Notes under the pieces: model-generated
Told to the model about the DNA's origin: nothing
Seen by the model: only the letters and a program-made list of their open reading frames with translations
Database searches by the model: none
NCBI GenBank assembly: GCA_964016885.1
Contig: OZ024743.1
Coordinates: 182,962,001-183,026,000 of the forward strand
DNA from: Eledone cirrhosa
Taxonomy: Eukaryota
Reading direction: 5' to 3'
Length of the DNA: 64,000 nucleotides
Position numbers and translations under genes: made by a program
Part shown: piece by piece, positions 49,804 through 64,000 of the stretch
Numbering within the stretch: the first letter of the stretch is position 1
How the letters are laid out: each line of letters begins with the position of its first letter

Positions 49804-52623
49804 TTAGCTGTAGTGTTGGCGGATCTCGGGAAGCATGGAGGCCTTAAAGGATGCAGTGTCTCGACAGCTAACAACTGATGCAGGTAGTTTGTTCCATGCT
49901 TCAGCAACTCTGAGCGTGAAAAAATGTTTCCGAAAGTCATGGGAACTGTGCTGTTTTCTTACTTTGTGGGCATGTCCACGTGTGTTAGACACATGGAAAT
50001 CGAAAAGGCACTCAGGGTTGTTGTTGGCAACATGGTTAACAATTTTGTGGGTGTTTACCAAGTCAGTTGCCAGGCGTCGGAGCTTCAATGAATCCATGCC
50101 CAGGGAAGCAAGGTGATCAGAGTATGGTAGATGCCTGATGGAGGGTATTCGCTTGGTTGCACGTCTCTGAACAGTTTCCAGGCGGTCAATGTCCTGAGCA
50201 AGATAGGGGTTCCAGACTGGTGATGCAAATTCTAAGTGTGGTCGCACCATAGCTGTATACAGCCTTAAATAGATATCTGGAGAGCGGCTGACAAAGGTCT
50301 TGCTGAGTGATGCTAAGACACCCTCGGCCCTCTTGACAATTTTAGAGACGTGCCTCGTCCAACGCAAATCGCTGCTGACCGTAATGCCCAGGTCACGTTC
50401 ACAGGAAGACTTCTTGATATTAGTGCTGTGGAGGGAGTATGTGGATGCTGGGTTTTTACTCCCAAAATGCATGGTGGTGCACTTGTCCACAGCTAGCTTG
50501 AGTTGCCAGTCTGAGATCCACTGTTGCATTGTGTCCAGGTCAGACTGCAAGCAAGATCTATAGTGTTCAGGATCTGTCCTTTTTATCTCAAGGTACAGCT
50601 TGATGTCGTCTGCGTACTTTAGTACTGTGGCATTCCTTAAGTTGGCATCTATGTCATTAATATATGCCACAAACAAAAGGGGGCCAAGAACAGATCCCTG
50701 AGGTACACCAGATGACATCTCATATGGTGAGGAATGCTGTCCCAGAACCGTGACTACCTCTCTTCGACTGAGAATGAAGGACTTCAACCAGTTAAAAAGA
50801 TCATCCTTCACACCCATTGCAGAGAGTTTTGCCATAAGCCTTTTGTGCGGCACAGAATTGAAGGCCTTCGCAAAGTCAAGGTAAACAACATCCACCCATG
50901 AGCCGCCATCAGTGATCCGGGTGATGTCCTCAAGAAACTCTATAAGTTGATCACAGCAGCTGGAGTTGGGGATAAATCCAAATTGCGAGGGCCGGATAAG
51001 ACTGTGAGAGCTCCAGAAGTTCCAAAGTGTTTCTCTGACACAGGATTCCATCAGTTTGGCGATGCAACTAGTAAGACTGACTGGACGATAGTTCACAGGT
51101 GATGTGCGGTCACCCTTTTTGAACAGAGGAATTACACTGGCAGTTTTCCACTGTTCTGGAGTAGCACTGTTGTTCAGACAGAATTGGAAGAAGCGTGATA
51201 ACTGGTGTAGAAGGAAGTACCCACCACGTTTAAGAAGCAGGTACGTAACACCATCAAGACCAGGAGAGGCATGGTTGCGTTTATTTTTTAGGTGATGTCG
51301 CAGCATTGCAGGTGTAAATTCCATGGCTGTAATAGAGTCCGGTGTCATAGGTGGTGGAGATGGTACACTCTGGTCTTCAATGGTGAAAATGCCTGCATAG
51401 CATTCAGCAATGAGCTCTGCGCATTCCTTGGGGTCGTCAGTAACCTGGCTTGTGTGGGGATTGCGAAGAGGACCAACTGGAGAGTGAGGCCTCTGCTTTG
51501 AGTGAACATACTTCCAGAACACCTTACTGTCAGGGCTGGTTGCTATGCGCTGCTCAAATTGAAGCACTGCCTTTTTTGTCACCTGTTTGAGGTGGTTGGA
51601 CGATCTATTTCGCCTCTTCCTATTAATGTCTGATTTGTGAAGTTTGCACTCACGTTCAGCATTGCGCCGTTCTTTTCTGGCAAGACGGACTGCTGCAGTC
51701 TCCCAAATTGCGATTTTAGGATGTTTTTTCCGCTTACGTGGCACCGATGCTGCACATGCTGTCCATATTGAGCTCAGGATGTTCTGGAGTACAGTGTTGA
51801 CATCTCCAGAGTCATAGAACTCAAGCCAGTTTGGCCGTTGCAACTCGGTGCAGTAACAGTTCCAGTCTGCTTTATTCCAGTCAAAGTGAGCAGTTTGGAG
51901 ATGGTTGTGGTTCTTGTTACTGCCCATGAGGGATAGATTGGCAATGATCATAGCATGATCAGAGTCACCTAAAGGTTCCTCAGCAGTAACACTAATGACC
52001 GTTTCAGGAGTAGTGGTGAAGAGTAGGTCCAAAGTGTTGTCACCTCTCGTTGGGGAGGTGACCACCTGGGACCAACTCGAGTCCAGCACCAGCTCAAGGA
52101 AGTCATTTGCACTTGGCGGCCAACGAAAGGTCTCCCAGTCAATCTCAGGGTGATTGAAGTCACCTGCAATGAAAACATAAGTGGCTGTCTTCCTGGCAGC
52201 AGCTCTGAGGATATCACAAAGTTGAGTGTCCTGATGGTAATTTGGGGGACGGTAAACGACTCCAAGTAGCAGTGTTGACATGGTCATACGTATATCGCAG
52301 AAAAAAACTTCCTGCTGTGATTGGTTCAAATCAGCACAAGGAATTGCCGACAGATTTGACCGAACGTAGACCATTACACCACCACCACGACGATTAATAT
52401 GGTCTTTACGAAACAGGTTGTAGCCAGTCATGCTGAAAACCCCATCACAGAGTAAGGGATGTGCCCAAGTTTCCGTGACTGTAATGAAGTCCGGGTTGAT
52501 ACTTTTGACGTAGGAGTCAAAAAGATGAATCTTATTGCATAGACTACGTGCATTCAAGGACAACAGTTTGTACTTTGATTCCAGTCTATGATTATGTGCA
52601 GGGGATGGCAGGTTGTTCTGATT
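49804..52623 (-). CDS. ORF2: AP endonuclease and reverse transcriptase, no ATG before the APE motifs
   Basis: SLNARSL, VTETW, RRGGGV, VYRPP, GDFN, TLDL, SDH; NYRPVSLTS, DFAKAF, GVPQGSVLGP, YADD. Confidence 0.95.
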   Translation of the reverse strand, partial: NQNNLPSPAHNHRLESKYKLLSLNARSLCNKIHLFDSYVKSINPDFITVTETWAHPLLCDGVFSMTGYNLFRKDHINRRGGGVMVYVRSNLSAIPCADLNQSQQEVFFCDIRMTMSTLLLGVVYRPPNYHQDTQLCDILRAAARKTATYVFIAGDFNHPEIDWETFRWPPSANDFLELVLDSSWSQVVTSPTRGDNTLDLLFTTTPETVISVTAEEPLGDSDHAMIIANLSLMGSNKNHNHLQTAHFDWNKADWNCYCTELQRPNWLEFYDSGDVNTVLQNILSSIWTACAASVPRKRKKHPKIAIWETAAVRLARKERRNAERECKLHKSDINRKRRNRSSNHLKQVTKKAVLQFEQRIATSPDSKVFWKYVHSKQRPHSPVGPLRNPHTSQVTDDPKECAELIAECYAGIFTIEDQSVPSPPPMTPDSITAMEFTPAMLRHHLKNKRNHASPGLDGVTYLLLKRGGYFLLHQLSRFFQFCLNNSATPEQWKTASVIPLFKKGDRTSPVNYRPVSLTSCIAKLMESCVRETLWNFWSSHSLIRPSQFGFIPNSSCCDQLIEFLEDITRITDGGSWVDVVYLDFAKAFNSVPHKRLMAKLSAMGVKDDLFNWLKSFILSRREVVTVLGQHSSPYEMSSGVPQGSVLGPLLFVAYINDIDANLRNATVLKYADDIKLYLEIKRTDPEHYRSCLQSDLDTMQQWISDWQLKLAVDKCTTMHFGSKNPASTYSLHSTNIKKSSCERDLGITVSSDLRWTRHVSKIVKRAEGVLASLSKTFVSRSPDIYLRLYTAMVRPHLEFASPVWNPYLAQDIDRLETVQRRATKRIPSIRHLPYSDHLASLGMDSLKLRRLATDLVNTHKIVNHVANNNPECLFDFHVSNTRGHAHKVRKQHSSHDFRKHFFTLRVAEAWNKLPASVVSCRDTASFKASMLPEIRQHYS

Positions 52624-53804
52624 TAGTTTCCCAGAGTTTTTTCAGTTTCTTTATTGTCAGTTGTTGTGGGTACACTGTTTTCAGACCAGCTGGTGTCTCT
52701 TTTCCATGATTCGCCAGCCTTAACAAACTTCCATATCTGCCCATCATCTCGTAGGCTGAAGCTTTCATGTTCTGCCGAGCTGCGGTTTAGGGAAGCTGCA
52801 GCACGCAACTTTGGGCGGACATCAGGTGGAAGACCAGGACGTGTTCGGAAAGCAATCCGACTTTCACGCCTAGCTTTATCAGAGGCTACAAGGTATGAAC
52901 GTGCCTCAGCCGAGTTTGAAAACAACAGTCTAATTAACCTGGGTTTCGGGCCTGGTCGGCCAAGGCGTAGAGCACCCTTTGCGGGAGCACAGCCCAGGTC
53001 TTTGGATGAACTGGCAGCAAATGCCTGAAGATCAACTATGTCTTCCGGCACACCAATGGCAATCACTTCGTGGTTTGCAGATTCAGTGGCATTCTCAATG
53101 CGTCTAGGTTCAACATGAGGTACGCGGAGATTTTTTAACAAGGCACTCCGGTAAGATCCCTCATTGTGGGGTTCTACACGAACGCTTGATTTTATTTCCG
53201 CTATTTCTTGACTTAAAGCGGAAATCATTTGCCGTATTTCCTCAAACTCCGTATTGACGGTCGGTTTTTGTTGTTGTTCTTCTCCTTCAACAGGCATGGT
53301 AGAAGACACAGTCGTCGGTTGTTGTTGTTGAAAAGTAACGGGTGAGGAAGACATGGGTTGCTGTTGTTGATGAAGTCCTTCAACGGGGGTAGTAGCTGAA
53401 GCTACGGTCGTTGGTTTTTGCTGTTGTTCAGCGACAATGGTAGAGGAAGACACGATCCTCGGTTTTTGTTGTTGTTGTTCAGGAACAATGGTAGAAGACA
53501 CGATCTTCGGTCTTTGTTGTTGTTCCGCAGTAATGGGAGAAGCAGGCATACAGTCCAGGCACTGAAAGGACCAGTTTGTTAGCTGGACCATCTCCCAGAG
53601 TCTATCCATCGTAGCAATGTGATGTTTCTTATTTTGGCCTGGGATCTTCCGGAAGCCTGTGGCGCATTGAAGGGAGACAGAGATGCGACAGGTTCCACAT
53701 TCGACCCAACGATTACGGAACGAGTTTTCGGGTTCCGTACAGATATGGAGGTGTGATCTTCCGGGCAATGTTCTATTTTTGGACATCGACCAGTTTTGTC
53801 GCAA
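52623..53804 (-). CDS. ORF1: PHD-like Cys motif, Gln-rich repeats, coiled coil, RRM-like region; N-terminus possibly frameshifted
   Basis: WVECGTC...C...FQCLDC; EQQQKP repeats; IRQMISALSQEIAEIK; IAIGVPE, RLGRPGPKPRLIRLLF; overlapping ORF 53579-53878 (MGRNNK...C...C...C) may be the true start. Confidence 0.8.
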   Translation of the reverse strand: MRQNWSMSKNRTLPGRSHLHICTEPENSFRNRWVECGTCRISVSLQCATGFRKIPGQNKKHHIATMDRLWEMVQLTNWSFQCLDCMPASPITAEQQQRPKIVSSTIVPEQQQQKPRIVSSSTIVAEQQQKPTTVASATTPVEGLHQQQQPMSSSPVTFQQQQPTTVSSTMPVEGEEQQQKPTVNTEFEEIRQMISALSQEIAEIKSSVRVEPHNEGSYRSALLKNLRVPHVEPRRIENATESANHEVIAIGVPEDIVDLQAFAASSSKDLGCAPAKGALRLGRPGPKPRLIRLLFSNSAEARSYLVASDKARRESRIAFRTRPGLPPDVRPKLRAAASLNRSSAEHESFSLRDDGQIWKFVKAGESWKRDTSWSENSVPTTTDNKETEKTLGN

Positions 53805-54124
53805 ATTTCATCGATGGATATCACCATGGCAATTTTGTTATTTCTACCCATCCGTAGAAAAACACAGAATGTAAACAATATAGGTTTAGCACACTTGATT
53901 ACGATAGAAATAAAATGTCTGTTTTTTTTGTGTATTTTGTTTCCGTTTTCCTAAATGTGTGTGTGTAGAAGAGTCTGTGCATGTAAACAAATAAATATGC
54001 TGCGTAAGTTAAATGAAACGTACTGTAGAAGGCAGTTGTTTATTAACAGCGAATAACGTTAACTTGTCTTTATAACAGCAGTTTTTTGTTCTTGGATTTA
54101 GGACTTCAGATAAATGGTAGTTAT

Positions 54125-54350
54125 CTTTTACCCTTCCATGACCATATTTCTAATGAAAGACACTGTCTATGTAATTAACCTTTTCATTACTATATTTCTA
54201 ATGAAAGACACTGGCTATGTCTTTAGCCCTTTTGTTACCATATTTCTGATGAAAGACACTGTCTATGTCTGTAACCCTTTCATTACCATATGTCTAATGT
54301 AAGCCACTATCTATGTCATTAACCCTTTCAATACCATATTTCTAATGAAA
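54125..54350. repeat. 48-bp tandem repeat (~5 copies)
   Basis: taaccctttcattaccatatttctaatgaaagacactgtctatgtc. Confidence 0.85.
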
Positions 54351-54589
54351 TACTTCCTATGATTTTCAAATAATTTAAAAATTAATCAAGAATTTGAAGG
54401 GTTTTTGTAATATAACTAACCTTTTCATTTTAAAACTGGTATTTGGAGAAAAACTCAACAAAAATTATGATGGAAGTTTTTTTAGATAAATATAAACACT
54501 TTAAAATAAACAGCAATATAGAGTTAGTTTAGAATAGGAAAAATTGTTGAAACAAATTATTAATGTTATCATTACTGTGTAATGTCTGT

Positions 54590-54792
54590 TTCTCTTCTTC
54601 TTTGCTCCCTTATTTCTGAGAGGGTCGTGGGGGCAGAGTCCTCAAACACTCCTTCCAGCAGGTCCTGTCAGAAACAACTGTCTCCAATTGATCTGGCTGG
54701 ATCCCCAAGTAAGACCAGCCAAGCTCATGGATGTTATCCAACCATGTTGCTTGGGGTCTACCCCTAAGTCTCCTGCCAGTTGGTTTTCCCAT
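54590..54792 (-). mobile_element. RTE 3' fragment
   Basis: KPTGRRLRGRPQATWLDNIHELGW...LRTLPPRPS. Confidence 0.82.
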
Positions 54793-55284
54793 ACTTGCAT
54801 AATTTAGACAGGTTGTTATGTTCTGAGACTTGACTAGGAAGGTGATAATGTCTTGCTCACGAGTTCCATTTTCGACTTAGTTTCTATAGCTGGATGCTTT
54901 TCCTAATGCCAACCACTTTACAGCCTGTACTAAGAGAATTTTATTGTGGTACCAGCACTACCACTTTACAGAGCGGACTGGGTGTATTTTATCATGATAC
55001 CAACACTATCACAAATATAGAATGACACTAAAGACAAAGTTTATTTTTACTTTTCATGTCTGTAAACTAATGAGATGCTCTCTTTAAATAACATTGAGAA
55101 CAAAAATATAATTTCAAGATGGTGTTTCAAGTCTTTTCAAAATTATGAATTGTAACAGTAAGGTACTCTGTTAGTTCATCATCATCATTATTATGATCAT
55201 CTAACCTCAGTTTTTCCTGCAAGCATGGGTTGGATGGGTCATTGAAGACCAACACAGTACCTAATCATAAATATATATATATCA

Positions 55285-55428
55285 TCATCATCATCATTAC
55301 GTCCGTTTTTCCATGCTTGCATGGGTTGGATGAGTTCTTTTCAGTTCAGCATCTCTCCTCTTGTTGTGCTTCTTTGCCATCTCCTCTGTGAGTCTCAGTG
55401 ATCTGAGGTCAGCTCTCACCACCTCATA
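55285..55428 (-). mobile_element. RTE 3' tip, followed by (TA/TACA)n to 55875
   Basis: [16 protein letters not shown]; acccatgcaagcatggaaaaacggacgtaa(tga)n. Confidence 0.8.
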
Positions 55429-55429
55429 C

Positions 55430-55466
<37 letters not shown>

Positions 55467-55875
55467 CATGCATACATACATAAACATAAACATACATACA
55501 CACATACATACACTCATACATATATACATACATATATACATATATATATACATATACTCATACATATATACATATATATATATATATACATACACTCATA
55601 CATATATACATACATACATACATATATACATATATATATATACATATATATATACATATATACATATATACATACATATATATATACATACATATATACA
55701 TATATACATATATACATACATATATATATACATACATATATACATATATACATATATATATATATATACATACATATATATATACATACATATATACATA
55801 TACATACATATATACATATATACATACATATACATACATATACACATATATACATACATATATACATATATATAT

Positions 55876-56129
55876 GGTGGCTGCCAACTCGTTTTCGAGT
55901 ACGGCCACTACTTTATATCCATGTAGGAGAACCCCTACCGAAGCGCTGAACGAGTGTGACTTTTTAGTCCAGCCAGCGACTTGAAAACTCTGGTACAAAC
56001 ACTACACTTGTGACAATTATTGACACATAGTGCTGGGCCCATGGTACCATGTGAGGACAAGTGCAGAGAGATCTCCAGATATAAAGCAATGCCTGTGCCG
56101 TGAAGCTTTTATAGTGAGCAAAGGCACTG
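55876..56129 (-). mobile_element. LINE-like 3' fragment with C2H2-like motif; second copy at 59364-59616
   Basis: Minus strand [22 protein letters not shown], ending ctcgaaaacgagttggcagccac into (TA)n; copies nearly identical. Confidence 0.6.
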
Positions 56130-56534
56130 CACAAAGCCAGTCCCACTCTCTTAACCAAGATGATATTTACCAAAAAGAAGAACAAGTCAACATCATTGGA
56201 TACCATCAGGGTTGCAGGTGTTATATCAGAGTTTTCCTTCTCCTAGAATTCTGCCTTGACAAAGGCTAAGGGGTCATCTCTCCCGGTGATTTTGGATGGC
56301 CATTGACTCTTAAGAGCTCCTTTGACCTTTGACAGGTTTTGTTTTTAGTCCTGCAGGATGTCCAAAGTCACCCTCCTCACCAAGAAACCTTGGTGGGGTT
56401 GCCAGTTTAGTCGCCAACGACCCGACCATGAGACAGGTTGTACTGGGATACATGTTACCAGTAGCACCAACTGGTGACCTGACATAACATATATATATAT
56501 ATATATATATACATACATACACGCATAAACACAA

Positions 56535-59160
56535 AAGCCTTCCCTAGTGAGGAATGTACCTCCCAACATAGCTTAGTTGTCAGCGACCTCACGGTCAGAA
56601 CTAGACGAACCTGGAAACAGAGGCCAACCTGGAGAAGAAGATACAGACATTCAATGTAGAAGAGAACTGGGAGTTCCTAAAAAATAACTTACTAGAGGCG
56701 ACGGATAAGATCTGTGGCTGGAGTAAGACCACAAGCAGGAGGAGAGTGACTTGGTGGTGGAGCAATAAGATAGATGAGGCAGTTAAGGCCAAGAGACAGG
56801 CATGGAAAGAGTGGAAGAATGGGGGAAGCAGGGTACATTACATAGAGACCAAGAGGGAAGCTAGGCGACAAGTATACTTAGCTAGGAGGGAAGCAGAGGA
56901 TAGAAAATTCAAGCATGTTTTGCAACGTGAGGACCAGAAACAGGAGGTGTTCAAGATTGCGAGGCAGTGTGTCAGAGAGAATTGTGATGTCATTGGAGAG
57001 AAGTGTATCTGGAATGATAAAGGTGAGCTTGCCCTCACAAGTGCTGAGAAGAAAGATGCATGGAAGAGCCATTACTAATGAAGATTACTAAATGAAGAGA
57101 ATGCATGGGAAGAAGAGACCCTACCCCAAGTAGACCCTATAGAGGGGCCAGCAGTACAAGTCAGCAGTAGCGTAGTAAGTAAGGCAATCAAAGATATGAA
57201 GATGGGGAAGGCGACCGGTCCATCAGGTGTAGATGCCGAGATGCTGAAGGCATCTGGGTCTGTAGGTCACACTATAACCACACGTATTGTTAACCAGGTA
57301 ATACTAGAAGGTGTCATACCAAAAGATTGGTGCAGTAGCATCATTGTCAACTGCTACAAAGGTAAAGGTGATGCACAAGATAGAGGAAACTATAGAGGTA
57401 TAAAGCTGATGGACCAGGTCATGAAAGTAACAAAAAGAGTTATAGCATAGTAGATTAGGGACCGGGTGAAACTAGATGAGATGCAATTTGGGTTTGTACC
57501 AGGAAGAGGCACCACTGATGCCCTCTTCCTTGTGAGGCAGTTACAGGAAAAGTACCTAGCTAAAAGTAAGCCACTCTACCTGGCATTCGTCGATCTCGAG
57601 AAAGCCTTTGACAGAGTTCCACGTGCTATAATCTGGTGGGCTCTTAGAAAACTAGGAGTAGATGAATGGCTTGTGAAAGCTGTACAAGCCATGTATAGGG
57701 GAGCAGTCAGCAAAGTTAGGATTAGCAATGAGTATAGCGAGGAATTTAGCGTACAGGTTGGGGTCCACCAGGGCTCTGTTCTTAGCCCTCTCCTGTTCAT
57801 CATAGTCCTGCAGGCAATAATGGAGGAGTTTAAGACCGGATGCCCATGGGAATTCCTGTATGCAGATGACCTCGCACTTATAGCTGAATCTATGGTAGAA
57901 CTAGAGAAGAAATTTCAAACTTGGAAGCAGGGACTTGAGAGAAAGGGTCTCAAAGTCAATCTGACAAAGACTAAGGTCCTTGTAAGTAGACGAGAAAACA
58001 GAACCCAGATCTCCTCGGGGAAATGGCCTTGCTCAGTATATAGGAAAGGTGTAGGTAGGAACTCCATTCTCTGCCCCAAATGCAAACAATGGGTACACAA
58101 GAGATGTAGCGGGATCTCAGGAAGCTTAATTAAGAATGTAGGCTTCACATGTAGCAGCTGTGCTGGGACAGCAAGCAGCAAACAGCCACAGGAAACAAGT
58201 ACCACCAATCTCTGGGAGGGCTCTGTAGAAACAGTAGACAGCTTCTGCTACCTAGGTGACCGAATTAGCAGCGGAGGTAGGTGTTCAGAAAGTACAATAA
58301 CTAGGGTAAGAACGGGATGGAAGAAGTTCAGGGAACTACTGAACGGGATGGAAGAAGTTCAGGGAACTACTGCCACTGCTAGCTGCAAAAGGCTTCTCCC
58401 TCAAAATGAAAGGCAGACTGTATGATGCGTGTATCCGAACAGCAATGTTACATGGTAGTGAGACCTGGGTGCTGAAGGTGGAAGACTTACATAGATTAGA
58501 AAGAAACGAAGTCTGCATGCTCCGATGGATGTGTAATAGTAATATACGCGAACGGCAAACCATAAATGAATTGAGAGAGAGACTGAGCATAAGAGGAATC
58601 AAATGCTGTGTGCAGGAGAGGCGGTTGCATTGGTATGGACATGTGATGCGTATGAAGGATGACAGCTGCATAAAAAGGTGCAGAGCACTAGAAGTCAATG
58701 GAAACTGCGGAGTGGGGAGACCCAAGAAGACGTGTGATGAGGTGATAAAAGCCAACCTTACCCAATTACACCTCTCAAAGGCGATGTCACACGACCGTGA
58801 CCTCTGGCGTCACGCAGTAATACAGAGTACCCGACCTCCCATAGGTACAAGCTGAAGCATATAGACAATATGCCTCCACACCCTCCCACTGCAAAGTGTT
58901 CGTGGAGGTGCCACGGCAAAAGAGCACCCAGCCCACACTGTAAAGTGGACGTGTAGGCACCACGGAAAAAAAGCACCCAGCACTCGCTGTAAATGAGGTT
59001 GGTGTTAGGAAGGGCATACAGCTGTAGAAATCAAGCCAAAATCAGTTCCTGTATGAGCAAGGCATGGTCAGCTGACCAGACACTGCTCACAACAGGACAA
59101 CCCGTCTAACCCATGCTAGCATGGAAGAACGGACGTAAAACGGTGATGATGATGATGATG
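56535..59160 (+). mobile_element. 5'-truncated RTE LINE with PHD-like finger; stops and a 31-bp duplication (58310-58371)
   Basis: GKATGP, NYRGIKL, QFGFVPGRGTTD, DLEKAFD, GVHQGS, YADD, HGSETW; 3' UTR and (GAT)n tail. Confidence 0.95.
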
Positions 59161-59318
59161 ATACATATATATATATATACACATACATATACATACATAC
59201 ACGCATACATACACTCATACATATATACATACATACATACATATACATACATACACTCATACATAAATACATACATATATACATACATATATACATACAT
59301 ACATATATACATACATAT

Positions 59319-59365
<47 letters not shown>

Positions 59366-59644
59366 GGCTGCCAACTCGTTTTCGAGTACGGCCACTACTT
59401 TATATCCATGCAGGAGAACCCCTACCTATGCGCTGAACGAGTGTGACTTTTTAGTCCAGCCAGCGACTTGAAAACTCTGGTACAAACACTACACTTGTGA
59501 CAATTATTGACACATAGTGCTGGGCCCATGGTACCATGTGACGACAAGTGCAGAGAGATCTCCAGATATAAAGCAATGCCTGTGCCGTGAAGCTTTTATA
59601 GTGAGCAAAGGCACTGTATGTATATATATATACATCCATACATA

Positions 59645-59706
<62 letters not shown>

Positions 59707-59714
59707 CATACATG

Positions 59715-60492
59715 TGTCAAAATCGATATGAGACCTGGGCATAGACATGAGCGATGATGCATCTTTTTCTTCACACATCATGAAAGTGGCGACAATGTGC
59801 AGACGACTCGCTGGCTGGATCTTGAGGACTTTCTGGACAAGAGATCAAGACACCATGTTAACACTATGGAGGACATTTGTCCTAAGCCGCCTGGACTACT
59901 GCTCCCAGTTGTGGTCACCCCATAGTGTCAAACTAACCACGGAGCTTGAGGCAATCCAGCGAAGCTACACCAAGAAGATTTCCAAGATGAGGGAGACAAG
60001 CTACTGGGAGAGGCTAAAGGAACTGAACCTCTACTCCTTGGAATGAAGACGGGAGAGATACGCAGTGATCTACATGTGGAAAATCCTGGAGGGACTAGCA
60101 CCAAACTTTGGCATTGGGAGCTGGACGAACCGTCGAACAGGACGTCACTGTGTGGTGCCAAAGGTCCCGTCTTCCACATCTAGAATAAGGAGCAGGTATT
60201 GCAATAGCCTGGGATTCAAGGGCCCTCAACTCTTCAACAGGCTGCCGAGGGATCTGAGAAATTTGAATGACGTGGAGGTGGATGTCTTCAAGAAACATCT
60301 CGACACCTTGTTATACAGGATCCCGGATGAGCCCACTGCAAGACACGAGGGAAACCTAAGGGCAGCAGCAACAAACTCCCTCTTACACCAGTGGCCAACC
60401 TATACAGGCTGGAGATAAAATGTGTAGCAACAAGGGCGGTGTCCCAGTATGGCCTCAGCCGGATGGCTGAAACAGGTAAAAGAGTAAAACAG

Positions 60493-60493
<1 letters not shown>
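59715..60493 (+). mobile_element. 3' fragment of a second CR1/L2-group family
   Basis: RDLGI.MS, SRLDYCSQLWSP, SYWERLKELNLYSLE*RRERY, GPQLFNRLP; the same 3' tip recurs at ~48672-48726. Confidence 0.88.

Positions 60494-64000
<3,507 letters not shown>

Larger units (their letters stand above)
49701..53960 (-). mobile_element. Near-full-length CR1-group LINE (5' boundary approximate)
   Basis: ORF1 plus uninterrupted APE-RT ORF2, short 3' UTR and TTA tail. Confidence 0.93.

Overview
This is AT-rich eukaryotic DNA made almost entirely of repeats. The SINE types and (TA)n/(TACA)n tracts suggest an animal, probably a cephalopod such as an octopus (inference). I found no host gene. Autonomous-type elements: a Penelope-like retroelement (RT + GIY-YIG) with a 1.6-kb inverted copy of its own 3' half, a second decayed Penelope-like insertion with the same inverted layout, a near-full-length CR1-group LINE, a 5'-truncated L1/Tx1 LINE with an intact 779-aa ORF, several RTE LINEs, two defective Gypsy LTR elements and a mariner fragment. 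Smaller items: short RLE-type (CRE-like, R4/Dong-like) 3' fragments, at least two tRNA-derived SINE families, MITE/foldback structures and several minisatellite arrays. Main points of interest: (1) hammerhead-ribozyme motifs in the Penelope terminal repeats, one with an unusually long stem II; (2) a G GGA AAC slippery heptamer that links ORF1 to an ATG-less ORF2 in the CR1 LINE, the same heptamer used by both Gypsy elements; (3) a 55-bp satellite that arose inside a LINE ORF; (4) a SINE whose 3' half appears assembled from two RTE subfamilies present in this window. All family assignments come from motif recognition by eye; no searches were run.
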